Origin: Balanoglossus misakiensis | Taxonomy: Eukaryota > Animalia > Hemichordata | Reading direction: 5' to 3' | Length of the DNA: 64,000 nt | Assembly: GCA_040954595.2 (NCBI GenBank) | Contig: CM082592.2 | Coordinates: 11,565,912 to 11,629,911 of the forward strand | Shown here: piece by piece, positions 1 to 12,215 of the stretch | Layout: every line of letters begins with the position of its first letter | Position numbering within the stretch: the first letter of the stretch is position 1 | Notes under the pieces: generated by a model | Told to the model about the DNA's origin: nothing | The model's input: the letters and a program-made list of their open reading frames with translations, nothing else | Databases searched by the model: none | Position numbers and translations under genes: made by a program

Positions 1-1216
1 CAGCAAAAACCACACAGCTTAATCGCTTTTGTAGTCGAACACCTATTTATACCAAAAGGCGAAATACTTGTCTTTCATTGATTGGCCAAATATTGTAATT
101 TTTGTCATGTTGTCATGGTTACGGATAAACCTATCGTTGTTACCAAATCTCAGCTGAAACAAAGTCCTCGGCGTATCTACATATCTGTCTGTCTGTCATT
201 GGTCATGACTATGTGTGGACGCACATTTCTAAATCTTGCTCTGTATTGGAGTCGGGTTTACTCGTGCCTAACAGATAAAAAGTAATAAAAACACTAAAAA
301 TCCATTTAAGCGACCAGCTGTAGCAGACTGTACAGCTGTTTCACTGACAACCCAGCCACACTGACTTCTGGAATTATTTCTCCCGGCAGGAGTGTTTTTT
401 CTCACAGCGTTTTGTCCTTCCATGAGTACTTCGGAGTCACGATTTATAAATACGACAACCAAATGAATGTACCAACCGATACTAGCACGCAAAGTGGCCA
501 GGCGCAAGAGGTACCAGCAAAACGTACAATACTGACTCTAATTCCTGCTCTGGGGCGAATATCCAATTGGCGCTATCAAGCGAAGCAACGCCAACGCTCT
601 GACGACTAATATACTCCTGGCCAGCGACGGCGACAACAACCGATAGACATTCGATTTCAGCCCGGTTCTTTCACTGGAAATTACCAGATGGACCAGGAAA
701 CCACAACGTCGATTCAAAGATCTGAGGAAATCACCGTCATTCCAATAAAACAAGTAAACATCATAACTGTCACGCTTGACCTTTCAATAGTGCGTGAGAG
801 TGATATTAGAATGCCGGAAAAAAAACTCATTTTCATAATCAGGTTAATTTTCATAATTTTCATCTTCTCAATCTCCAATCAATATCAACTTATTCAGAAC
901 AATCAGTCCGATTCGTCTGAATCGTATTTTTTAACAGTGCTATGGCATGCACGTGCACTATAACTGCACGTACATAAAACAACGATGTACGATTTTGCTG
1001 AAGATGCCATCGTCGGATGTCACTAATTTATGATAATTGGATCGCCGGTATGATTTACTGCCAGCAAGACTTTTTTTGTGACGAAAGCTTCGCTGAATAT
1101 TTTTGACATTTTTATTACAAAATATATGGGCAGGAAAACCTTGGTTCCTCAAAATATGGCGTACACTAAGAGACCCGACCACCATTAGACCCAAGAACAA
1201 TGTTTGGAACTCAAAA

Positions 1217-1244
1217 TTCATGACAATAAATTTATTGTCATGAA
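1217..1244. repeat. Perfect 28-bp palindrome in intron 4
   Basis: TTCATGACAATAAA|TTTATTGTCATGAA with no spacer. Confidence 0.9.
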
Positions 1245-1391
1245 CCGGACCAGCTACATTTAATTATTAACAGAAAATACTGAGGAGTGTTTTCCTCTGC
1301 TCACAAAATCTGGTTTAAACGTTTATCTAATCACCTTTAATTAGGTCTCTCTGTAATTACTACAACAGTATTATAGCGATAACGTCCTTAC

Positions 1392-1578
1392 CTGGAGAAT
1401 AATTAAAGCCTGGATTACCCATCATGTCTGACGTGTTCTCGATGTCGTACGGTCCACCGATGGCTGTTCGAAGCGCCCGCATCCTTCGGGGATTCCTGAA
1501 AAAGTGGTGTCGCCTGGCGCCGAGAGCGCTGAGTTGTTTCATCCGTCGTTCCTTCGACCGTCGGTTCTGGAACCATAC
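1392..1578 (-). CDS. Lhx1/5: Lhx1/5 coding exon 4 (homeodomain helix 3 and conserved post-HD segment); gene continues off the left edge
   Basis: Acceptor GGCTTTCAG|GTA at 1579/1578. Translates [62 protein letters not shown]; the [19 protein letters not shown] motif is characteristic of Lhx1/5. Donor G|GTAAG at 1392/1391; 187 nt, phase 1. No stop is reached, so a further exon is required. Confidence 0.96.
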
Positions 1579-4500
1579 CTGAAAGCCAAGCACATTGCAA
1601 ACGTTACAACGGAGTGTCGCGTTTCGGGATTCACAGTCATAGTGTCACGTTCCGGAGATGTGCTGTTTTCAGACCTGATATCGATACAGTGTGGTCTCTG
1701 TTTCACAGTTAGGACTGAGCTTTGTTTTTATAGAGTCCGTGAAATATGTTTGGGCTCGTGTCTTGAATGTCGTTTTGTGGCGAGTCATGCACTTTCAAGG
1801 GCGGGCAAAGGAAAGGGGGTGATATGAATTGACAGACGGATGAAGTCAAATTTCAAATGTCTTTAGTGAATCCTTCTGTTGTGTCAACCGAGGGAGGGGA
1901 AGTCTGAATGTTCCCTTGGTCTTTTTTTCTGCTCCGACGAAAACGCCAAGGCTTTGATGAAACCAACCCAGTATGTGGCTTCAAGAAAGCACGTCAATAT
2001 GGCTCCCTTTCAAAGGAACTTAGTTCTTTAAAGGCAACTTTTCTCCCTGAAGGACAATACGGGTGGATTTCTATAGCCAAGCAAAACACTAAACTAGTGC
2101 GCTTTTGACAACACTGTTTTAAAAGTTAAGGAAGCGAGATCTACTCTTTGTAGCAACATGGCAACACCCATGCCCGTCTCTCGGGTGATTGGTGTTGATT
2201 GAAGGAGAGTCGTTAGGAATTCAGAGCAAATGCACACGTGTGTGGACATTTCTAGAGATTTTCGCGTGTTTACGTTGTTTCAATGTTTAAAAGTGTGCCT
2301 GCGCATAATACTATGTTTTGCCTACAAGGCTAACCGGGTCACATAGTTGGTGTTGGCAGCCGGTTGTTATATGGATTTGCCCGCAAATTTGAAATTTAGA
2401 TGGTTGTTGAAATGCATACAAGAAGATGCACAGGCCAGGGCATTGTTGATTTCTCTTTTCGATGGCAGAGGCGGGAAGTCATCAGTGTTTTGTATATTCT
2501 AACGACAGCTTTGGGATGGCAACTAGGCATTAAGGGCGCAATTTACACGTCGATTGAACAGTTGATGTGCACGTTTTGTGCCGCTGTCTCCGTACACTAA
2601 CACACCGCTCTATCATTCGCACTGGCCCTTTCATCTCGTATTCCCCACAGACCCTTCGCGTCTCTCTCAGCCAGGCAATATTGACGCTTAAAAACGCTGC
2701 CTTCTCGACTCGACCGTCTTTTTAAGAAGCCTGTCGTGTCTTTTCACTGGAAAGGTGGGAGACGGACAGAAAAAAACGCGGCGAGAAACAAATGGGCTTC
2801 GGACGCGGATGGAATGACAAATTGTAAAAAATTTCCAAACATGCAAGTTTCAAGGGATTTGGGGCTTTGTAAAATATGACAGCGTGGACGGGGGAAACAA
2901 TGGAGGTTGACATTTGCGATGCTCTTGTCACGCTGGCACTCCGCCTAGTTGTATTTGAAAACGAATCTGTGCCCCCTTTTCAGGCGATTACTGCATATTC
3001 GTGTAAATGTACAATAAACATGACTTAAGTGCCATATCGATTGCCGTTGTGTCCATTCATAATACACTTAATCATTACATAATGTACGTTCCTGGTCACG
3101 CTAATAACCAACCACCTGCACGTCACACCGTCGTGCTAAAATAAAAACCATAAAAAAATAGAATTTCAATGTTTAAATTTATCGAGAAATTCGAGTTGAG
3201 GATATTTTCACGCTCTTTTGAGTGTCTGACACATATGCCACTTTGGTGATAAAATTCGTCTTTGTTCCGTTTTTATTTCGCACTGATTTCTGTTCACAAG
3301 GACTCGTCAAAGAATATATTGATCATGCGTGCATTGGCTATTGAATTTGATACATACATGAAATGAAAGCTCTTTTGTGCCATTTCCCCCAAAAAGTTGA
3401 GGATTGTGGGTAGAAACGAACACACGCTAGCAGTCATTTTTCGTGTTATAGATTTCTTTTGTTTCCGCTATGCCTGAGTGTCTGTTGACAGACCGACATA
3501 AAATACAATCCGCTCTCGATGGCCTTTCCTCCCCTCCCCTCGATAATTCGTTACCATGATTAGTATGTAAACAGCGATCGCTGTGAAAGATACAACCCCC
3601 ATTTAGCGATTGAAAATTGATTATTTGTCGATTGCAGGGTGAAGAGTGCAACCGACTATGTCTCGTCTGCTGGGAGTGCGGCAAAATTCCCAGCCAAAAC
3701 GAAAACAGTTCTCGCTTTAGAGGGAAATGAAATGAAAAAATGATGCGGGCTACATCGCGGCTGTTTCCATGGCGAGGCGAAGCATCAACAGAACTGTCCA
3801 GGCAATACAAAGACTTTGAACTGTGAAAAACAGAACTTTGGAAATATTTCAACAATATAAAGGCAATATCGATATCGTTTCATCAACATTATTTCTGTTC
3901 AAAACCAGATTGCTCACTGATAGACTCTGTGTAATTTTCGCGTAGGTGTGCTTCGATCGCTTGATGCTATTCGAATATGAGTATTTTTGGTGATGGTTTA
4001 TCACATTGTTTGTTTAATTTAAGTTCTGTTGTCATGACGACTGCCATGGAAGCAATAATTGGGTTGGAGCGCACTTCAGTCCGAGTCCCAATAGACAGAT
4101 TTTCGGAGATCTGGCACTGTTATACGCTACAGAAAGTGCAAATGAGAAACGTCACCAGCGTTCCCCCCCCCAAAACACACTAAGCAAAATTTTGCAAATG
4201 TGCATGTAGCGTGAGTTTAAAATTATACTGCCATGCCATCAATCACATTGATGGCATCACATCAATTAATATTCAGATGTATCACACGGTATCCATTTCT
4301 GACAAATTTCCAACAAAAACAACCAAATAACTAAACTAATGTATCCACTGTAAAAGTTGTTTTACTTTTTTGTCGAGATGATGGAAGCACATGGAGTAAA
4401 ATTGCTTAACGGAGCGAATACTGGAGACAGTGTTTCAAAAGAGCTATCTTCGGCACTTAGCGTATGTAAAACATTACTACGGGCGAGTTATTTCTGTCAT

Positions 4501-7500
4501 GGTTATTGAACTTGTGGAATATTGAGAGCTCACAACAAATAACACCAATAGAAGCGTGTCTACGTGACCTCACTATTTTACTCGAGAAATTATAACTTCA
4601 CTCGTCACGCAACTGAACTGCTAGCAGGAAAACAACATTTCCATGGCAGGGTCACAAAGATTTTGACGTTGGATTCGTTGAATTGAAGTTCCCAGTATAT
4701 TCTAAAGTGGGCGACGTGTTAATGTTTTAGACTACTAGTGCTAGATTAATCAAGAGTACAGGAAGGTGTAACTCATGTCTGTCTGTAAAGAATTGTCGAC
4801 AATTTTGCGTTTGGCCATTAGACGTCGACAGGCGAACACAAATAGGTTGTCGCTGCTATTGAGAGCGAGATAGACCTGAAAGAGAATAGTCTTGACAGAA
4901 AAGACCATCTGATAATTCCTCCACTTTTGATGTGCACTTTTCACGTTTTCAACGGCAAACAATATCGTGATTTTGACAGATGATTGTGCGCGTCATAGCC
5001 ACAATGACTAACTAGTCCTTTCTTGAGAAGTGCGAGCTGTTACAGTTTGCGTTTTGTTTCACCCCAGGGCCCGGTTTTTCCCCCACATCTAAACCCCGAG
5101 AACAATGCTCCCGTGATGAGAATACACGCATTTGCAGCTTTTAACCTGCTAGAGCTGCCCCCGGTGTCAAAAATCGACGAAAATGGCCTTCCATTTTGCC
5201 CGGCATTGTTCGTCGAGTGTACGTGTGACATTAAAGAGCACTCGCTATTCGTGTTCGACGGAAGTCGAGATCGCCCCTTAATAGACGATGACTTATTGGT
5301 GGAGCAGCGTTTGGCTTTTCGCGTTCCGTCAGCACCGTCGATGAGGAAACTTGCGGGTTTGCGTGCGCATCCGGCTCGCTTCAGTCAATGTCGCTGCGTT
5401 GAAATAATTGAAACCTCATCACGGAAATGTATCATCTACAAACGATGTCCACTGAACTATTTATCCGCGATGACACGTGTCAAAGTCGTCGTCTGCGCTC
5501 AAATCCGGAGAAAACTCATTTACTTTACTTATAGATGGGCAACATTTTGCCTTTCGCGCATTGAAGAAATTACACGTAACAATATGTTCTGGTGGAATTA
5601 TATCGTAATGGGTTAGGTTTTCTTAACACAATAAATTCAAGATTTATTACAAGCGGGATCCAACAGAAAAATGGAGGTGTCTACTTTATGACAAATTGCA
5701 GTAATTATGCAAATCATTCACGTATTCTGCACCCCTTATATTCACCAGTAGATAACCCTAGGATCGAGTGGTGAGCGCCTATCAAAGTTATGATGGAACT
5801 CCCTCAACGAAGGGATTTTTCTATCTGCTTTCGGATGCACAGATAGGTGCCCGAGATAGCCAGAACGTGATAAACATGGCGCCGATATCTGAAAAATGAC
5901 GCATCGTGACAGGTGATCTAAAACTCTCGCTATCTCCGAGATCTCGCTCTTTCCCTCGAAAGCTTCCGTTGAACGGCCTGTAAGCGCCACATTGGCGATG
6001 TGAACATCACTTAGCTTTAATAAAGTTTACTTTTCATGACCAAAAATAGCGAACAGAAAGATATAGAGAGATTTTTGTACGCCGCCATCTTTAACTGACG
6101 ATTGCTCGTAACGTTGGATGCCGTGACTGCCAGTGGGCCGATGACAGGGATATGTTATAGATTATTTTTTGTGTACAGTTGTAATTTTTCCTGCGGAGTC
6201 AGATCTAAACGAGGTGTGTAAATCATTTAAGCTACGAGACGTCATTTGCAAGGCTTCGTTGTTTCATACTTCTGAGTCAAATGTGGGAATGTTTTAGATC
6301 AGTCCGACATGTGTACAGTTGCTTCACCAGATGGTGAATATGCAGCTTACAATTATCTAATTTGAAGCGCGCGTTTTGCCTCGTCCTATTCGCGAAATAT
6401 TACAACAGCTGCCGCAGAAATACACAGACGATAACCATAAAATAATTTTCCAATAGACAGTCTATACTACGCCCAGTATTGAGGGATGAAAATACCCCGT
6501 GGTAATTTTCTATCCACAGAGATGAAACCTCACTGGTGGTTAAGTGGTGCGTTGTCGAATATCTGGGCATACCCACATCTTGCAAAATTAAATTGCTGTA
6601 ACTATTTTAGTTTATTTAAACTATAAAATCACCCAAAATGGCCCTGATGTAGCCACCATGCACGCGCGTTAAAGGGCCACTAAATTGGGTAATAAATCAT
6701 AACCACCGCAATTTCAGTTTGCATGAAATTTTGTCCAAATGCTGCCGTATGCAGCCAGCGGATGGGATGGGGTGTCAGGGTTCAAAGGTCACGGTGTCAG
6801 AGGGTAAAGAATCCCCGTCTCGTGAGCAGAGCCAGTTTCAGTGCGGTGAGAGCTTCAATACTTCAAGTGATTAGTATCAGCCACTTCACTGTCTGCGACA
6901 GAAGTAGTGCCAATTAAATACCGCGAGAATCTGATTCCACTTTTAAGGTGGTTCCCGACCGATAAATATCATCTTTTTAGGCCGAGTGTAGTAAGAGTTG
7001 TGTGAGTCATTTTAAAGAAGGGTGACTATCCTCAAAATCAAATCAATTTGGCTTATTTCCAAAAAAGCTCATTTTTAAAACAAAGCGCAATAATCAGTCA
7101 TTAACTCCATATTTCAGAAAGACTGACCCAATTCGATGGCCAAATCCGGGTCATTGGCTGAAGACCGAGCTTTCAGGGAGCTTGCCCGGATGATGGGGCC
7201 CAGCCGGCAAGTGAGCCAATACAGTGTTTTATTCTGTGTCGGCAAATATCCGAATCAAGTGGTTAGACCATAAACTCGGGTCAAGAGCGTCATTTAATTT
7301 CATTTGCTAGCATACATAATTATCTCGTAATGTTTCTAATGGCCGATAATTAACAGGCACTTTGCCTGGTGCGCTACTGGCTAGCGATTGTTCACCGCGC
7401 AACGCAACTCCGAGAACAACGTACTGTTGAAACGCCCGACGAAACATCAAAGGAGATAAATGTATTATTACTATTGATCGATGCCTTCTTGGTCGCCTCG

Positions 7501-10500
7501 TCACAGAACCCAAAGCCGCCACACAGAACGACAACAGAATTATTCCGCGCACGTATAAGCGAATATTCAGACTCGTCTTTTCTTTCCCTCTCATTTTTTT
7601 TTACTTTTGCGTGAAAAGATTACCACTGCAAGCACCACGGGGCGTCACAAGTGTGTAGTAAGATATATCCCCGACCAAGGCAGATTGTGTGTCGCGGACG
7701 TGCTGAAATATTTGATACGATTGGAGAGCGGGACGAGACATTCTGTATCTGTTTTGAAAACCAGCGGCGGTTTGTTTTTACACATGCTGGTCTTGGGTAA
7801 GAAAGACACAGTTTGCCTGGAGATCAGAGCGCGCCGACAGCACGCTGGGAAATTTTCCTTTGGCCGCATCAAACTGTTGTCAAATGCTTTTTCGAGAAGA
7901 ATGCGCAAAAGCGACCTTGCCTCTGAATTACGTTTCCTGTTCTTTTAAAAGTGGCTTTTACCTATGCAAATCACTCCGTCTCTATTGAACTCAACATAAC
8001 CAGACGCGGAGATGTTTGTACGAAGCGTGGTTGTGGGGGACTTTCTACGCCAAATGCGAGACGTTGCCCTCTTGTGCATTAGTCATAGGTGCATGGGGGA
8101 CGCCGTAAACCGGAACTCACATCGGTAGAAGAACGCAGGAGTGATGTCATTAAAACCATTCATTCGCGGAGACATCATCGTGCAGATTCAAATGTAACGC
8201 CGTCGAAGTCAATGGCTAAATGTCTGTGTATATGCATATATAAACTCGAAGCCCAGCAGGAAACGCTAGGGCTATGATACCACGTAGCTATCATCCCTCA
8301 GTGTTATTACAGAATCTTTGAAGAAAATTATCATCAACGTGGCGGTAATTACACGTTATTTTCAAAAACGACAAATGCATTTTTGGCCCAATCCACCGGG
8401 TGCGAATGGAAACGTCCTTTCGTTCTGCACCTTCGCATAAGCAACAAATATTCGCAGCACTGCTAATTATTCACTGTAAATTCTTTCAGACAAAAGCTCA
8501 CCGTTGGCAGATGTCGGGGTTTGTTCTGCGGATGTTTCTCGTCGTTATGGAACCATATCTTTTGATGCATATCTCAGGATATCAGGCGAACTGGTGACGT
8601 GTTTGGCGGTGTATTTTTCTTCTCGCGCCGTCAAAACACTAGCAATTATAGGTTAAAATTCAGGTGTCCTTACAATAATGCGTTTGATTTTGGATAAACA
8701 AGCGTTTGGTTTGCGGACTCCCTATCGCGCTGACTTCGTCTCTCGGCAGACTGACTACGATTACCATGATTACTAAGCGGTTCATGAATCTTTCCCTGTG
8801 TAACTTTTTATCTTGACAATATACATGTACAGCTAAAGGCGAGTGAAAGGGCTTATTATTATTTTGAAGTGGAACATCGTTCCGGCGGGTCTTACCATAA
8901 GCACGAAGTTTATATTGTACAGCATTTGTAAATAATGCAGGCACCCCACATTTCTGTTTAAAGTCTTGTCCAGCATTGTCTTTTTCCAGCACTGACTGAA
9001 ATATAGACACCGACTTCAACACAACGTCAAAAAGAGCGCTGGTCTCATAAAGGCTGATGGGTACGGGTCACATTTTATCAATTTAACCGCATTAATGTCG
9101 GAAATAGGTTTGTTTGGGAAAAATGGTTTCTGGGCATGCGTGTTACAGCCTACATAAATGTGAAATCTGGGGCTTGAACATCAGAGACTCATTTGCATAA
9201 AGCTTGAAACTTGTCAATATTTTCATCTACGTTTCATTTTGTGAAATTTCTGTGAAAATCAAGTTTTGGTTTCCGGTTTCTGAACGAGTCATGTGATTCT
9301 GCTCGTGTTGTTACGCCCCCATACGTACTATGTACATTACACATTACAGGTTTGTTAGACACCGTTAGGCTATAGTTTTCTAAATTCTGTGGTGCAAATT
9401 TCTCTTCAAACTGGAAACCATCGCATCTTTATTTGATGGAGCGCTACAAAATATAATAAGAGGACCCGTACATATACGTTGAATGTCGGTCATGCGCGGA
9501 AGAAGTATGGGTTTCAATTACAACCCCAAGCTGTGAGTGGAATATCTGACGACATCTATAGCGTGCCCTTTATCGGTGATCTTATAAGAGCGTACACGCA
9601 AGTGGGGATCCTCGGGGGGCAACGCTCTCCCCGCGGGAAGGGAGAAACATTGCGAGGTCGGAAACTTAAGTACCGGGCGAGTCCAAAGGCGGGCACAAGG
9701 AAAGACAAGCCGCGGGTTCGGATCACTGGCTGGCAACCGGGGCGAAAACCTTATTGTAATTTTTTCGAGTTGACCCATGCTCGTCTCGTTCCCCCAGCGG
9801 ACGGCGAGATGGCTCAGAACTGCCCATTACAGATCGCTTCCAATTCACCGTTGAACGCACATTCCGTGCACGGAAGTATCAAATCTGACATAATCAAGTT
9901 TTTCTTATTTACTGGTTGTCGCTTTTCATCTGAAATCGTCAGAGCTGGCCAGTTGCATTCGCCATGCAAGTATAGATACAGATCTATTTGCGGATCTCCT
10001 TCACAGGACTTCAAGAAAATTATTGTGTAAACAATTTCGAAACATAAAATGTCGGGATCCGAAACTGAATCCGAATCTGTCACCGTACGCCTTGACTTGC
10101 TTAAAAATATACAAAACTATGGATTCTACTGTCGTCTCCATGACAACACATGTCCAGTAAAGAAGTTTAACTGGCTTGGAAATGGGTTGCAGAAGTGCAA
10201 ATTTCAAAAGCTGATAAAGAAGTCCCCCAAAAATTGATCATGTTTCTAGGTGTGATAAAATGTAATACAGTTTATGTCTAGGTGCTCGGACTTAACAGTT
10301 GAGGGCTTGGCAATACCTGTTTATTATGACAAGCAATAAGGTTAAGTTTATTCGCGGGTTTCGGGCGCTGCTCTTTTGGTGCGGTATGCTATCCACGTAC
10401 GAAATATGGTGATGCTTAAAACGGAGGGCAGAAATTGGAAAATTTTACACCGCTATGGGAAACCCGAGAAGTTAGCATTTCCAAACAAAGGTGGTCCCAG

Positions 10501-11646
10501 ATTACTTTAGGCTTAGACACATGCCGACATATGGCAGTTGTGAGATTCTGCTTGTTTCCCGCGGCATTATGTCTCTGACGTGGGTGAATTTGGCGCAACT
10601 TGATGTCTACACTCGGCTGTGACTGTATGCTCTGCATAGTAACGCACCACACCGGAAAAGCATTCCCGAAGTGCATTGAAAGACATGCACGTTTCAGTGA
10701 TCGCGGCGAGCCATTTGGCATAGCAACGACGGACAGTTGTGCATGGCGATGGGTTGGTCCGCCCCCCCCCCCTACAACCCACCTCCGCCGTTGCCAATTT
10801 GAGAAACAGTACCACGTGACTGAATCTCTCAAAGGCGGCTTAGCTAAACACTATCATATCCACCACGCAGTCATCCCACAATATATTCAAATTGGCATTG
10901 GAAATTTTACACTATCTGGTCATTATCTCCTGGCTTGGCATCTAATTGTAATACATTATAATAAGGACCCAACCCTGACCCTTAGTGCCTGTGTAAAACC
11001 ATGGCTGAGTTTAGACCGAAAATACCCTTGGTCTTTGTTTTTGTGACACACAGAGATTATTTACGATTCAATTTCTATTTTATCAGTGAGCCCAATTTCT
11101 CTCAATTTGACGCTAGCATTAAATCCCCATGTCGCGTGCTCTCTGCATCTCTAAGCACTCTACGGCGACGCGCAGTTGCCAAAGTTTGCCGGCGTTTTTA
11201 AAACACGGTGAGACCGCTCGCACACACCAGTGGAGCACACCTAACTTGATAAAAAATGTTCGATTAGAGACATGCTTCGTTTGGCGTCCAGTTTGCTTCC
11301 CTGCAAGCGCCGTTACCTTTGCATCGAGTATTAAGCGTTAAAGGGCTTGGATGGCAAATTCTTTAGTTTGCTGCCAATGAAGTCGAACTAATCACGAATA
11401 GTGCAGGCGATTGGAAAAACTCAAGTGCTAAAAACTCCCGTATTCAGAAAGAGCATCCAATTCTCTTGGGTAACACTTTCTGCATATAGTTGGACAGTAG
11501 AAACCGGATGCCGGTTTCAGCGGATAGAACCAGTCAGTATTTCAGACCGATAAATTATACAGTTCTTAATAGCAAACGATACTGAATATATAAATTATAT
11601 AGTTCTTACTAGCAAACGATACTGAATATATTGATAATCGCCTTAC
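1579..11646 (-). other. Lhx1/5 intron 3 (10068 nt, GT-AG, phase 0), splitting the homeodomain at VIQ|VWFQN
   Basis: GTAAG donor and TTTCAG acceptor; this intron position between homeodomain residues 46 and 47 is common in homeobox genes. Confidence 0.95.
11550..11631 (+). repeat. Tandem duplication of a 40-bp unit (2 copies, 2 mismatches)
   Basis: ATAAATTATACAGTTCTTAATAGCAAACGATACTGAATAT followed by ATAAATTATATAGTTCTTACTAGCAAACGATACTGAATAT. Confidence 0.92.
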
Positions 11647-12215
11647 CTGAATAACTCTCATATTAAGTCCTGTTTCCTGAGCTAGTTGCTCTCGTATGTG
11701 TCGTGTGGGTTTAGGGGTGGCGTTGAAGGCTGCCTTTAAAGTTTCCAGCTGTTTAGCTTTGATAGTTGTACGTGGTCCGCGTCGTTTTGTACCGGCAACG
11801 TTATTAGAATCTGTGTTTTCATTGTTCGTCGGGGTAGTGGCCGTCGTCCCGTTATTAATGCTGCTGGTATTATTCGCGTTTATGTCATTGTTTGTTTGCG
11901 AGCCGTCGTTTGAGTTCGCATTAGGCTCCACAGTCTCGCTTATCGAGGAAAGATCGTCTTTGTCGTCCTCGTCATCGTCTAGCTCCCCATGATGCGTCGG
12001 TGGTGTCGACTGGCTCTCGGCGTCGTCCATCGGGGTTTGCGCCGGCGGTGGGACGGGTGCCGACGGCGGGGGAACAGGCGTGGCCGGCTGGTTCACTAGA
12101 CTGGGCGGGCTCTGCAGAAGGGGATTGACGCTCCCGTTGGACAGGCCGAAACCGTTGGAGTTGACCACGCCATTATTGAGATGACCTCCGACCAAATCCG
12201 TCTCCGGTGAATCCG
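11647..12215 (-). CDS. Lhx1/5: Lhx1/5 coding exon 3 (Pro/Asn/acidic linker plus homeodomain residues 1-46)
   Basis: Acceptor GTTCTCCCCGCAG|CG at 12216/12215 is compatible with phase 1. The open frame ADSPETDL... leads into [46 protein letters not shown] (homeodomain starts at 11784), diagnostic of Lhx1/5. Donor CAG|GTAAG at 11647/11646; 569 nt, phase 0. Confidence 0.95.

Noticed and set aside
1-1391. Searched for the final Lhx1/5 coding exon
   Set aside because: No minus-strand segment with a phase-1 acceptor and an Lhx1/5-like Tyr/Pro/Ser-rich C-terminus was found; it probably lies outside the window.
5023-5616. 197-aa plus-strand ORF in intron 3
   Set aside because: Non-ATG start, no recognisable domain and random-looking composition.
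9479-10030. 183-aa plus-strand ORF in intron 3
   Set aside because: Explained by a locally GC-rich stretch; no domain and a TTG start.
11696-11992. 98-aa antisense ORF
   Set aside because: Shadow frame of exon 3.
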